Below are positions 1-9,738 of a DNA stretch of 34,537 nt, in pieces. Origin of the DNA: an uncultured Vicinamibacterales bacterium. GTDB lineage: Bacteria > Acidobacteriota > Vicinamibacteria > Vicinamibacterales > CAZQMT01. Position 1 is the first letter of the stretch, and each line of letters opens with the position of its first letter. The stretch is taken from contig CAZQMT010000005.1 in assembly GCA_964594555.1 (NCBI GenBank), forward strand, positions 1 through 34,537. Direction: 5' to 3'. Both the position numbers and the translations under genes were made by a program. The notes under the pieces were generated by a model. It made no database searches, was not told where the DNA came from, and saw only the letters and a program-made list of their open reading frames with translations.

Positions 1-1
1 C

Positions 2-1153
2 GAATGGGGGTCACCCCACTGGCCCCTATGGTCGCTGTTCCCAAGCTTTATTCATCACGACTCTCTAACGGCACTCGGTTTCGCTGGTGTCTGGTTGATC
101 ACAGCAGGAACCATTTTATGGATTGCGCACTATCTAGTTAGAAAAATAGTGGCTGTAGAATATTTCGGACAAATGAAGAAACGGTGGGGGGAAGGTTTCT
201 CAGCACTCTCAGCAACAGTAGCAGGTGCGCTCATTATCCTGGCCGTTTCTACTTTTATTCCCTTGCTGTTCGGCAATCAGCTTCAGGCGGGAGTGATTCT
301 TGAAGCGCGTTCAAGAATTGAACTTCTTGAAAAATTTGATGCCAGCACCAGACCCATGGCGGTGGTGTACAACCCCGCGACATGGATCAAAGCATCCGAA
401 GTGCCTCAGCATTTTGAATTTGTAGCGGATCAGTCAATCGTAAGGAAACCCCAAACGATACCTTTGCTCTACAACGCCCGTTTTTCATTACCAGCGGGTA
501 TTTATTCAGTAGCACTTTCATGGAAACCTCAAGAGCCCCCTAAAAGTAGAACAATCCCGGAGGTCACTAGTCTAAAATTTCGCCTGACTCGTGCCGGCCA
601 GCCTATGGCAGAATGGCTTATACCGACCAACAATACGACATCATGGCGTCAAGTATTAACTCTGCCATTCGATTCAAATTTTGTTGGATTCAACGCCTCA
701 ACCGAGCTTGAAGCACTTTCACCAACCCTTCAGATTAGGCCTATCAATATCCACGACCACCATGTACGTGCCTCGACAGAAATAGTCTCCGCCGCACATT
801 ATCGGGACGTCGACATCTTCGCTCATACAGAAACAACATGGTTCGAAAAAGCTGGTTTCTGGGTACGGGGAAGCACGACTTCCACAGTAACACTTTCTAA
901 ATCTAACCCACAAAACATCGTTTTACGCTATCACTGTGGTCCTCAATCCAACGAAGTAACCTTATCCACAACGGATTGGCAAACCACTCAACTCGTAACA
1001 CCTAGAAAGTGGAAAGAGTCCTCACTTCCATCAACACCGAACGGCTTAATTAAACTCAATATCTCAACACTGAACGGATTCGTACCGAACAAAGTCAATC
1101 CATCCTCAAGAGACTTCAGGTTTCTCGGATGCTGGTTTGAAGTGGGCTCGTAA
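2..1153 (+). CDS. 5'-truncated membrane protein with a C-terminal extracytoplasmic beta-rich region (resembles C-termini of GT-C/YfhO-like membrane proteins)
   Basis: The frame is open from base 2 (EWGSPHWPLWSLFPS...), so the TTG at 95 is internal. Two hydrophobic segments are followed by a soluble region ending in a D-x-R-x-LG motif (DFRFLGCWFEV). Confidence 0.6.
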   Translation, partial: EWGSPHWPLWSLFPSFIHHDSLTALGFAGVWLITAGTILWIAHYLVRKIVAVEYFGQMKKRWGEGFSALSATVAGALIILAVSTFIPLLFGNQLQAGVILEARSRIELLEKFDASTRPMAVVYNPATWIKASEVPQHFEFVADQSIVRKPQTIPLLYNARFSLPAGIYSVALSWKPQEPPKSRTIPEVTSLKFRLTRAGQPMAEWLIPTNNTTSWRQVLTLPFDSNFVGFNASTELEALSPTLQIRPINIHDHHVRASTEIVSAAHYRDVDIFAHTETTWFEKAGFWVRGSTTSTVTLSKSNPQNIVLRYHCGPQSNEVTLSTTDWQTTQLVTPRKWKESSLPSTPNGLIKLNISTLNGFVPNKVNPSSRDFRFLGCWFEVGS

Positions 1154-1197
1154 CAAATAAAACTAGCCAAGCCAGTAAACACACACAACTGGATCAA

Positions 1198-2889
1198 TTA
1201 ATTGTCTGGCTGATAACCAGGTCCACGTATGGCCTTTCCTGGAGTAGCACCTGTGTGCACACCATTTTCAATTACAGTAACTCCATTCACAATCACATGC
1301 TCGACCCCTATTGGATATTGAGCCGGATTTTCAAAAGTTCCAACATCGTGAACCGTTAAAGGATTAAATAACACTACATCTGCCCAGTAATTTTCTTTTA
1401 GGAGTCCGCGATCCACTAATCCCATGATCTGGGCAGGAAATGACGACATCTTCCGCACGGCATCCTCAAGCGTTAAAACTTGCTCCTCACGTACGTACTT
1501 CCCCAAAACGCGAGGATGGGTTCCATAGCTTCGGGGATGCGGTTTACCATCCCCCAACACACCGTCTGGGCGAAGTGCAGTGCCATCCGAAGAAATAGCA
1601 ACCCAAGGTTTTTGCATAATCAAACGGACATCATCTTCTGACATATTGTGGTAAATACCATTGACCATACCGCCGTCTTCAACAATAAGATCAAAACAGG
1701 TCTCGATGGGATCAGCATCACCTCTCATTTTCGCAATCTGAGCAACTGTCTTTCCTTCTAGTGGCTTAAGTTCATCACTAACAAATCTTGAGGCAACGAT
1801 ACCTTCCCAGCCTCCATGCTCCTCGACGTAACGGAGAAAACCGTCAGTATCATCTTTCAGCTTTTGGCGGTTCAAAGGATTTTGTAACACCTCAACAATC
1901 TTCCCCTGGGAACCACCCATGGCCCATGTTGGAAACAAAGCAAACCAAGGATGCGTCATAGCCGTGTACGGATATTGATTTGCCGTAACGTCCAAACCAC
2001 GGGCACGTGCTTGCTCAATAAGGTCAAATACTGGCCCCATGGTGCCCCATAACTTGTGTCCCCTGATCTTCAAATGCGAGATATGAACTGGGATTTCTGC
2101 TTGTTCAGCAACTTCAATCGCATCACGAACCTCTTCAAGAATACGATATCCCTCCGTTCCAATGTGACTCTCGTAGTAACCACCATATTCCGAGACTACT
2201 TTGGCGATCTCGATGATTTCCATCGGGTAGTCATTAGGGTTCGGACCTTCAAAAGCAGCACTCATACCAACCGCACCATCGCGCATCGCCGCTATGGTAA
2301 GTTCTCTCATCCGCACAAGCTCAGTTGGAGTGGCCCCTCTCTTTTCATACCCAACCACAGCTTGCTTAATCTGTTGAGGCGCAACTTCCGTCGCTACGTT
2401 AATCGATACTCCCTGTCGCTCAAGTCGATCAAAGAATCCCCCTATAGTCGTCCAATCAACGTCTGAAAACCCATAACGGCGTTGAGCTTGGTACCGATAG
2501 TTTTCGAGAACCACGCCAACTAATGGCCCGACAGAACTACGCTCACCAAGAACATCCATCGTTACACCCTGCCGAACGTGACTTTGCGCCAAACCATCAA
2601 CCAAGAGCGTCAAATCAGAATGGGTATGAATATCAATAAAACCAGGAGCGACAACAAGTCCCGTAGCATCAATAGATATTTTTCCACTCCCAGGATCGAT
2701 GTCACCAATGTACGCTATCCGACCATCTCGAATTCCGAGATCCGATGAATACCAAGGATTGCCCGTCCCATCGACAATTTGTCCATCGTGTATCACGATC
2801 TCGTAAGCATGCTCCTCTGTCTGTAGCGGTACAAACGAGACACCGACAAATACAACGACAAAACACAAGAGGCATAATTTTTCCTGCAT
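1198..2889 (-). CDS. N-acyl-D-amino-acid deacylase (D-aminoacylase)-like amidohydrolase with signal peptide
   Basis: Motifs IVDGTGNP, APGFIDIHTHSD, ESHI, VHISHLK, ISSDG, PHPRSYGTHPRVLG; hydrophobic N-terminus; AGGAAGG SD-like sequence upstream. Confidence 0.9.
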   Translation of the reverse strand: MQEKLCLLCFVVVFVGVSFVPLQTEEHAYEIVIHDGQIVDGTGNPWYSSDLGIRDGRIAYIGDIDPGSGKISIDATGLVVAPGFIDIHTHSDLTLLVDGLAQSHVRQGVTMDVLGERSSVGPLVGVVLENYRYQAQRRYGFSDVDWTTIGGFFDRLERQGVSINVATEVAPQQIKQAVVGYEKRGATPTELVRMRELTIAAMRDGAVGMSAAFEGPNPNDYPMEIIEIAKVVSEYGGYYESHIGTEGYRILEEVRDAIEVAEQAEIPVHISHLKIRGHKLWGTMGPVFDLIEQARARGLDVTANQYPYTAMTHPWFALFPTWAMGGSQGKIVEVLQNPLNRQKLKDDTDGFLRYVEEHGGWEGIVASRFVSDELKPLEGKTVAQIAKMRGDADPIETCFDLIVEDGGMVNGIYHNMSEDDVRLIMQKPWVAISSDGTALRPDGVLGDGKPHPRSYGTHPRVLGKYVREEQVLTLEDAVRKMSSFPAQIMGLVDRGLLKENYWADVVLFNPLTVHDVGTFENPAQYPIGVEHVIVNGVTVIENGVHTGATPGKAIRGPGYQPDN

Positions 2890-2963
2890 CTAAAAACCTT
2901 CCTAAACTTAGCTACGTGTAGAAGACCTCAACTTCATATGTACCATAGAGACACAACTCGTAC

Positions 2964-4691
2964 TCACTTAGCAGTACCGCGTCTTAATATCACGGCCTGA
3001 TCGACACTGAACGATCCAAAGTCCTCTCGCATGCCATTTGGCCAACTCACTGTCACATCCTCCACGCTTACCTCTGTCCCAACTCCCACATGAACCCGGG
3101 GATCATTACTACCTAAATAGCTATAACCTGCATGAACAATACGTTCTACTCGCCTTGTACCAACGTTCATGGTGACCGTTGAACCGATAGCATCGCGCCC
3201 ATTAGCATCTAGCACGCGGAAGTTAATCCAGTGTCCTCTGTCAGATATCCGGTTACGAAGTAGATAGGGTGAGGAATCTCGATTCACAACGAGAATATCG
3301 ATACCACCATCGTTGTCGATGTCTCCAAAGGCTGCGGCTCGACTCGTTCCAACGAGTAGTTCAGCCGTACCTCCCCTAGGAATCACCTCTTCAAATGAAC
3401 CCTCTGGCGTACCCCTATAAAGCAGATTAGGTTCCGCGTAGGGATCAGCAGAGAAACGTTCAGACTGGAGACCGACCCTCCCATTTGCCTGGTAGAGATC
3501 CAGTCGACCGTCATTGTTAAAATCAAGTAAAGCCATGCCAAAACGCGTGAACGGCCGACTGACTGCACGTAGCCCCACTGCTGCCGTATCATCAGTAAAG
3601 AAATCTCGCTGATTGCGATAAAACGAATCTGACTCACCATCAAGATTCACAACCAGAAGATCAAGATCACCATCGTTGTCAACATCAGTTGCATGCACTC
3701 CCATTCCTGCCTTGGTCTTACCATCTTGATCAATGGCGACACCACGTTCAAGTGCGACATCAACTAATGGGAAACCTCCAGAATTTGACCAAAGTTGATT
3801 CAACATACCATCGTTAGCAACAAAAACATCTTCACTACCATTCAAATCAAAATCGCCTGTGACCACGCCAAGGCCAGGTCCAAATGTTGTATGTAGACCA
3901 GCATCAGCAGACACGTCACTGAAGACACCATCTCCATCATTCCGGTAGAGAGTATCCGCAACTGGAGCATCATAATTCTTTGGACTACAGTAATCTGGAG
4001 CTCCAGAAAGGCTATAGCAGCTCAACTCAGCTTCAACTGACCAATCGAGATAATTTGTTACGTAGAGATCTAGATCGCCATCGCGATCATAATCAAAGAA
4101 AACAGCACTAGCACTCCAACTTTGTTCACCAACGCCAGCGCTTTTTGTTACGTCAGTAAATTTTCCGTTTCCCTCACTTCGAAGCAGCGTGTTGGTTCCA
4201 ATGTTCGTAACGTAAAGATCGACATCTCCGTCATTATCATAATCACCAGCTGCAACGCCCATACCATAGCCACGATCATCGGCGCCACTATCTTTCGTAA
4301 TATCCTCAAAAGTGCCATCGCCAAGATTTTCGAACAACTGATTGCCGAGCCGAGACTCAGCGGATGTATTGAGTGGTCCACTTTGTACCAAATACGCATC
4401 AAGGTCTCCATCTTGATCCATGTCGAACAAAGCCGCCCCTCCCCCCATGATCTCTGGTAGAAGGAATCGGTCGCTATGTCCAGACACATGCACAAAATTG
4501 AGACCGCTCTCAGCTGCAACTTCTTCGAACCATACTTGGTACGGCATTTCTGTCTTTTCCGATGGCTCCTCTAATAATGTCTTCTCTGAATCTGTACAAG
4601 CTCCGAAGGCCAACGCACCGAGCGTAACAACAACACACAAATGAAACCGGACAAAAATACATCTGCTACAAATTATCCTCATGGTCGCCAA
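2964..4691 (-). CDS. CRTAC1-family protein (FG-GAP/VCBS beta-propeller plus C-terminal ASPIC/UnbV domain), probable lipoprotein
   Basis: Seven DxDxDGxxD repeats (DMDQDGDLD, DYDNDGDVD, DYDRDGDLD, DFDLNGSED, DVDNDGDLD, DFNNDGRLD, DIDNDGGID); C-terminal GYSYLGSNDPRVHVGVG...VSWPNG; lipobox-like LAFGAC. Confidence 0.9.
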   Translation of the reverse strand: MATMRIICSRCIFVRFHLCVVVTLGALAFGACTDSEKTLLEEPSEKTEMPYQVWFEEVAAESGLNFVHVSGHSDRFLLPEIMGGGAALFDMDQDGDLDAYLVQSGPLNTSAESRLGNQLFENLGDGTFEDITKDSGADDRGYGMGVAAGDYDNDGDVDLYVTNIGTNTLLRSEGNGKFTDVTKSAGVGEQSWSASAVFFDYDRDGDLDLYVTNYLDWSVEAELSCYSLSGAPDYCSPKNYDAPVADTLYRNDGDGVFSDVSADAGLHTTFGPGLGVVTGDFDLNGSEDVFVANDGMLNQLWSNSGGFPLVDVALERGVAIDQDGKTKAGMGVHATDVDNDGDLDLLVVNLDGESDSFYRNQRDFFTDDTAAVGLRAVSRPFTRFGMALLDFNNDGRLDLYQANGRVGLQSERFSADPYAEPNLLYRGTPEGSFEEVIPRGGTAELLVGTSRAAAFGDIDNDGGIDILVVNRDSSPYLLRNRISDRGHWINFRVLDANGRDAIGSTVTMNVGTRRVERIVHAGYSYLGSNDPRVHVGVGTEVSVEDVTVSWPNGMREDFGSFSVDQAVILRRGTAK

Positions 4692-6211
4692 GCCTCAGCA
4701 GCAGTACCCCCACCGCTTTCGTACTTAGCTCGAAGCGCTTGAAGTTCGGTAAGTCCTGCTTCGATTTCTCGAGTAACTCCATTGAGCTGTATGGCTCGCC
4801 GAAACGCCACGTCCGAATCATCAAAACGTCTCAAACTCATTGTGACTTTCGCGACACCCAACCATCCCTCGGTTAGCGTCGGCGTCTTAGCCACAGCCAG
4901 CTCAAAGCTTTTCAACGAAATCTCTAGGCGCCCAAGCTCCGCTTGGATCATACCAATCCAAACCAGTGCCATCTGGTGACGCGGATCATAGCGAACCACA
5001 TTTCGAAATGCAGCAATCGCCTCGTCGTGTTGATCAGTACGCCACAAAATCATCGCTCTTACTTCATGAGCCCGACTGAACCTCTGATTCAATTCCAACG
5101 CACGCATCGCGTGCGTGATAGCCAATTCAAAATTATTCATACGAAGAGAGGCAGATGCGAGATTCACCTGAGTTTCAACATAGTTCGGCTCTCGGTCTAA
5201 GGCAATCTTTAGAAGCGCTAGCCCCTCATCATGACGACCAGCAACAAGATATGTCGATGCCAACCGATTCAATAAGGCGAGATCATCATTTCTTTGAATT
5301 CGAAGTTCTTCATAAATTTCAATTGCTGCATCTAATTCACCAGCAACGCGATGTCTAGTAGCAGCCTTTAGCAGAGCAGCGTAACCTCTCTGATATTTGA
5401 CAAGTTGATCCGACCAAGGATCTATAAGGGCGGGCTCACTGTCAGCTCCCATAGCCATCGTAATTTTGGCATCCTCGATACGCCCATTTTGACGATAAGC
5501 ACGTCCGAGCAACTGCAATGCGTACCGCTCTCCAGGACGGCGTCCCAACAGCATTTCTAAAATCTCAATGGTTCTCTCTGGTTGACGACGAGAAAGAAAA
5601 ACCCTGGCCAAACCAATCCATCCGCTAGAATCATCAGCATCGATTTCAGTTGCACGTCGAAAAGCCACCTCTGCCTCCTCCACCTCACCTCTATCAAACA
5701 ACCAGAAACCTTTACGCCAATGTGCAGGAGCATAGCCGTTAACAAGATCGAGTGTTCGTTCAACTGATGTAAGTGCTTCATCAATATCACCTAGCCTCGC
5801 TTGAACGATCGCCAGGCGATACCACCAACGTGCATCTGAATCATGAATCACAGTAGCTTGTGTATAGCAATCACGTGCAAGCCCAATAAAGCCATTCGCT
5901 TCGTACACCATACCGAGTGTCACCCAACCCTCAGGCATTCTTGGTGAAACCGACACGGTCGAACTTGTTTCACGAATCAATAAAACAACCTCCTCATCCA
6001 ACCGATCGAGATCAGCAGGAAACGGCGGCTCTGGGAACGAGGACCAAGAAGTCCACCAGATGGTTATAGTGGTCATCGCCACAATAACCCCACCAAATAT
6101 AACAATCATGTGTCTAGTAGAACCGGCCTGTTTTCCTAACGTCCGAAGAAACGCACCTTTTGGGTATTGTCGCACTTCAGTTCGGCGCTTAATCTTTCTA
6201 TGCGGAGTCAC
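4679..6211 (-). CDS. Membrane-anchored tetratricopeptide repeat protein
   Basis: N-terminal TM helix, then many TPR-like units (GWVTLGMVY, WWYRLAIVQ, GWIGLARVF, ALQLLGRAY). The GTG start overlaps the upstream stop (GTGA); the 3' end overlaps the CRTAC1 start by 13 bp. Confidence 0.85.
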   Translation of the reverse strand: MTPHRKIKRRTEVRQYPKGAFLRTLGKQAGSTRHMIVIFGGVIVAMTTITIWWTSWSSFPEPPFPADLDRLDEEVVLLIRETSSTVSVSPRMPEGWVTLGMVYEANGFIGLARDCYTQATVIHDSDARWWYRLAIVQARLGDIDEALTSVERTLDLVNGYAPAHWRKGFWLFDRGEVEEAEVAFRRATEIDADDSSGWIGLARVFLSRRQPERTIEILEMLLGRRPGERYALQLLGRAYRQNGRIEDAKITMAMGADSEPALIDPWSDQLVKYQRGYAALLKAATRHRVAGELDAAIEIYEELRIQRNDDLALLNRLASTYLVAGRHDEGLALLKIALDREPNYVETQVNLASASLRMNNFELAITHAMRALELNQRFSRAHEVRAMILWRTDQHDEAIAAFRNVVRYDPRHQMALVWIGMIQAELGRLEISLKSFELAVAKTPTLTEGWLGVAKVTMSLRRFDDSDVAFRRAIQLNGVTREIEAGLTELQALRAKYESGGGTAAEAWRP

Positions 6212-7908
6212 ACAGACCGTCCTGCAATACGCCCAACCAACTTTCGAAGATTTCTTGTTATGCCTCGCTCGAAGCGCCCTATAGAGCGGTACCGTTCAAG
6301 GCGTTTACGCAATAGTTTTTTCGGTTTAACATCCGTCAAACGTGAAAAATGAAAAAGGACGCTCTCGAGTAACAGTCTGGCTGCCGCATCAGGATCTCGA
6401 TGAGCACCCCCAGGGGGCTCTGACACTATGCCATCGATCACTCCCAGATCGAGTAAGTCTTCCGCCCTGAGCTTCATCGCAGGCAATAGATCCTGTCCAC
6501 GAGATGCGTCATGCGTAAGAATAGCCGCAGCGCCTTCAGGAGAAATCACTGCATAGATCGAGTTTTGTTGCATAAGGATTACATCTGCGAGACCAAGCGC
6601 AAGAGCGCCGCCACTACCTCCTTCACCAATAACAACATTGAGAATAGGTGACTCAAGAGAGGCAAGTGTCGACAGGCTTTCGGCAATAGTTAATGCAACA
6701 CCTCGATGCTCAGCTTCTAGTCCAGGAAACGCTCCTGGTGTATCAACAAGAGTTAAAACTGGTAATTCAAACTTCTCGGCAAGAAGCAAAAGACGTTTTG
6801 CCTTCCGATACCCTTCAGGCAAGGGCATAGATGCCCCCCCCTGCTGAGCAACAAGCATGATCGGATGGCCATGTAGATCGGCTAAGCCGCCAATAATAGC
6901 CCCATCGTCACCATAGCACCGATCACCATGTAGCTCCATAAACCAAGTAAACAATCGAGTAATGTAATCACGTGAACGCGGCCGCTCAGGCAACCTGGCT
7001 AATTCGATTACCTCGACAGGCGAACGCGAGACCTTACTAGAAGCTTTGGGCGGTTCAGCTGACCATTCTCTCGAACGATCTCGTGTCAATTTTGATATCA
7101 GTAATGCAAGTGAGTGTCGAAGCTTTAGTCTCGGCATGACCATGTCGATCATTCCACGCTCAAGCAAGCGTTCGGCTTTTCTCGCGTCTCTTGGAATCTC
7201 CTCAGAGATAGTACCCGCAACAACACGTGAACCCGCGAACCCTATCTCAGCACCTGGTTCACCGATGAGAACGTCTCCCAAAGAAGCAAAGCTTGCAAAG
7301 GGACCTCCGAAGCTCGGATTGGTCAAAACGGATACGTAAAGAAGTTTTGCCTTCTGATGTCTCGATACCGCAGCTGCAGTTTTAGCCATCTGCATCAGTG
7401 ACAACATGCCTTCTTGAATCCTCGCTCCACCGCTGGCTAGAATCGAAATAACGGGCAGTCGGCGACGCGTAGCCACCTGAAACGCACGGGCCACTTTTTC
7501 TCCCACGACCGACCCCATTGTTCCGCCCATGAAATCGAAACCGATAGAAATAATTACAACCGGATGCCCATCGAGACACGCTTCACCAGAGAGTGCTGCA
7601 TCGTACATACCCGTACGATCTTCAGCCTCACGTAAGCGTTGACGGTAAGGTTTCGAATCCTTAAATTTGAGAGGATCAGATGGATAGATTTTCTTGCCGA
7701 TCTCTTTGAAAGTACCAGCATCAGCAATTAAATCCACCCAATCCTTAGCAGTTAGTGGACCATGCCAGCCACAAGCTGTGCAGACACAAAGTCCTCGGCG
7801 GAATGAGTCTTCTTCCCAATCATGCTGGCACTTCTGACACGTAACACGTGAATCTGTTACGACGGCATCTGAATTAACCACATCACCTGTTTCCTGAGAT
7901 GGCGACAT
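6208..7908 (-). CDS. accD/accA: Fused acetyl/acyl-CoA carboxylase carboxyltransferase, beta (AccD) plus alpha (AccA)
   Basis: C-x2-C-x15-C-x2-C zinc finger, FMGGTMGSVVGEK, SGGARIQEG, EIGFAGSRV (AccD), then ELHGDR, PEGYRKA, DTPGAFPG, GEGGSGGALAL, VISPEGAAAIL (AccA). ATG 7908 chosen because AAGGA lies 7 nt upstream; the ORF track start is GTG 7932. Confidence 0.9.
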   Translation of the reverse strand: MSPSQETGDVVNSDAVVTDSRVTCQKCQHDWEEDSFRRGLCVCTACGWHGPLTAKDWVDLIADAGTFKEIGKKIYPSDPLKFKDSKPYRQRLREAEDRTGMYDAALSGEACLDGHPVVIISIGFDFMGGTMGSVVGEKVARAFQVATRRRLPVISILASGGARIQEGMLSLMQMAKTAAAVSRHQKAKLLYVSVLTNPSFGGPFASFASLGDVLIGEPGAEIGFAGSRVVAGTISEEIPRDARKAERLLERGMIDMVMPRLKLRHSLALLISKLTRDRSREWSAEPPKASSKVSRSPVEVIELARLPERPRSRDYITRLFTWFMELHGDRCYGDDGAIIGGLADLHGHPIMLVAQQGGASMPLPEGYRKAKRLLLLAEKFELPVLTLVDTPGAFPGLEAEHRGVALTIAESLSTLASLESPILNVVIGEGGSGGALALGLADVILMQQNSIYAVISPEGAAAILTHDASRGQDLLPAMKLRAEDLLDLGVIDGIVSEPPGGAHRDPDAAARLLLESVLFHFSRLTDVKPKKLLRKRLERYRSIGRFERGITRNLRKLVGRIAGRSV

Positions 7909-7952
7909 TTTGTCGTCCTTTCTGGGACTCACAACTAAAAACCAAGAGATCC

Positions 7953-9647
7953 TCAGCGCCCTGACGGTCGTGTCGTCAAAAGCTGGATAGCAGCGTCACG
8001 GATGGGGGAACCATCTGGATTCTGTGGTCCATGGATATAAAGCTGCCGAACACCTTGTGCACCAAACATCTCTGTCAGCAACAAAATCAAAGCAATACCA
8101 GCCACGATAAGTTTGACGTGAACACGGAACCCCAAAGGCCATGGCAACCACCTAAACACTGATGCCAGTGCAGCGCCTTGCAACACCCACAGTACTGGTG
8201 TGTAAACTACACCGAGTCTGACATAGCCAAAAAACGTGAGCGCAGCCATAAGAGTCACCATCGGCATCGCCAACAACCAAAGCGTCCGGCGTTGACGACG
8301 CAGTACCCAGATACCAAGTACGGCCAGAGAAAAATGAAAAGGCCAAAGCCATCTGACGGTTGGATCAAGCTGGTCAACTCGACGACGGCGCCCAGCGACA
8401 CCCGCTACGCGATTATCTTGCAAATAGCCAAGAGCTAGAGCACCAGATGTAATCTGTAACTTCTTACCAAGTAGAACTAAGGCTTCGACTGGATGCGCAA
8501 GAATCCACTTCGCACCAATCCGGTAACCGTTTACATACAAATCATAGGAAACTGGTTGAGTGATGTCGAGTTTACCGTTGTTCACAAGTGCTTCTTCTAA
8601 ATCAGATTTCGGTGTGCGAATTAAGAGATCAAGATTAGTTGTCCCGTCAGTATAACCATGGAAAGCATGGGCAAAATTGAATCCTCCGTAACTAGTAACC
8701 GGTGCAAAACGTGACAATGGTTCAGGTAACGCGTCTGCGAACTTGGCATTGAACTTCGAAATGCCTCGCCAATGGGCAATGGTAGATGGTGTTAGGAATA
8801 AAACAACACCGAGAGTATACGCACCTAACGTAAGCAGGGCATGCCGTTTCGATCCTGTACTCCACCAAAGAAAAGGCACTAGTAACACAACACATAGCCC
8901 AAACTCGGCACGAACTAGTGTTGCTGCACCTGCCACACATCCGAGAAAAAATGCTCGTCTCGAAGAAGATGACCTATCGGTCCGACCATGACTTACACTC
9001 CGACTTCCAATTTCACTATCTGGGATCCAGTACGACGCGAGTAAAAGACCCATCACAAGAAGCAACCCGTAAAGTGCCTCAGAATTTGGGACCGTACCCT
9101 GTACCACGTGACCGAAGTGGAACGTACCAAATAGAACCACAACCAACATCGCACCAAATCCAGCCAGCCTCCAGGTCAGGAACGTAATACATCCGACCGA
9201 AAGCGCACTAATTCCGGCCACGAAACTCTTCACAACGGCCGGATCAACCGGTTGTCCACTTAGTGGAGAGTAGCCCATCACCCGAAAAAAAATTGACAAC
9301 ACCCATGGCCAACCTGGAGGACGAAAGGGCAAACCATTATTAACCGAGGCTCCCTCCTCGAGTTGTGCAGCGTGCAGCATGAATTGCCGAGTATCCCCCT
9401 CATAAAAAATACTCGACGCTCTAGAAGCTTCGTTCCATGCATGTGGAAACCAAGAACGTACCAAATAAGCGGCAACCACCGTCAATATTACGAAAGTCCA
9501 AACGACAGACCGTGGAACTTCTTCGGTAGCCATTTGTGTTAATTCTTTGATACCGTCACGTTCCGATCGAGCTGTACGACGCCGCAAATGTCTCGCAGCT
9601 CGGCGGGACATCTGGCTACTCGATTTCTCTCGTGGTTTCAACGGCAT
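7953..9647 (-). CDS. Polytopic GT-C fold glycosyltransferase (ArnT/PMT/GT39-like)
   Basis: About 10 or more hydrophobic segments; first loop EGDTRQF, FRPPGWP, NSEALY and LVRAE motifs typical of ArnT/PMT-like enzymes; very basic N-terminus. Confidence 0.7.
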   Translation of the reverse strand: MPLKPREKSSSQMSRRAARHLRRRTARSERDGIKELTQMATEEVPRSVVWTFVILTVVAAYLVRSWFPHAWNEASRASSIFYEGDTRQFMLHAAQLEEGASVNNGLPFRPPGWPWVLSIFFRVMGYSPLSGQPVDPAVVKSFVAGISALSVGCITFLTWRLAGFGAMLVVVLFGTFHFGHVVQGTVPNSEALYGLLLVMGLLLASYWIPDSEIGSRSVSHGRTDRSSSSRRAFFLGCVAGAATLVRAEFGLCVVLLVPFLWWSTGSKRHALLTLGAYTLGVVLFLTPSTIAHWRGISKFNAKFADALPEPLSRFAPVTSYGGFNFAHAFHGYTDGTTNLDLLIRTPKSDLEEALVNNGKLDITQPVSYDLYVNGYRIGAKWILAHPVEALVLLGKKLQITSGALALGYLQDNRVAGVAGRRRRVDQLDPTVRWLWPFHFSLAVLGIWVLRRQRRTLWLLAMPMVTLMAALTFFGYVRLGVVYTPVLWVLQGAALASVFRWLPWPLGFRVHVKLIVAGIALILLLTEMFGAQGVRQLYIHGPQNPDGSPIRDAAIQLLTTRPSGR

Positions 9648-9738
9648 GAAGACCCAACATCGTCAAGGGACCGAGGAAAATCTCGTTCCCTGGCAGTACA
9701 GTAATTAAAAATAGTCTACCCTATCGCAGCCAAGACCG

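Noticed and set aside
2056-2466. 136-aa ORF and the other 60-150-aa nested ORFs in the track
   Set aside because: All lie within well-supported genes on other frames or strands and have no motifs or start signals.
3280-4430. Recurring nucleotide motifs such as CCATCGTTGTC
   Set aside because: These are protein-level FG-GAP repeats, not a CRISPR array or DNA repeat.
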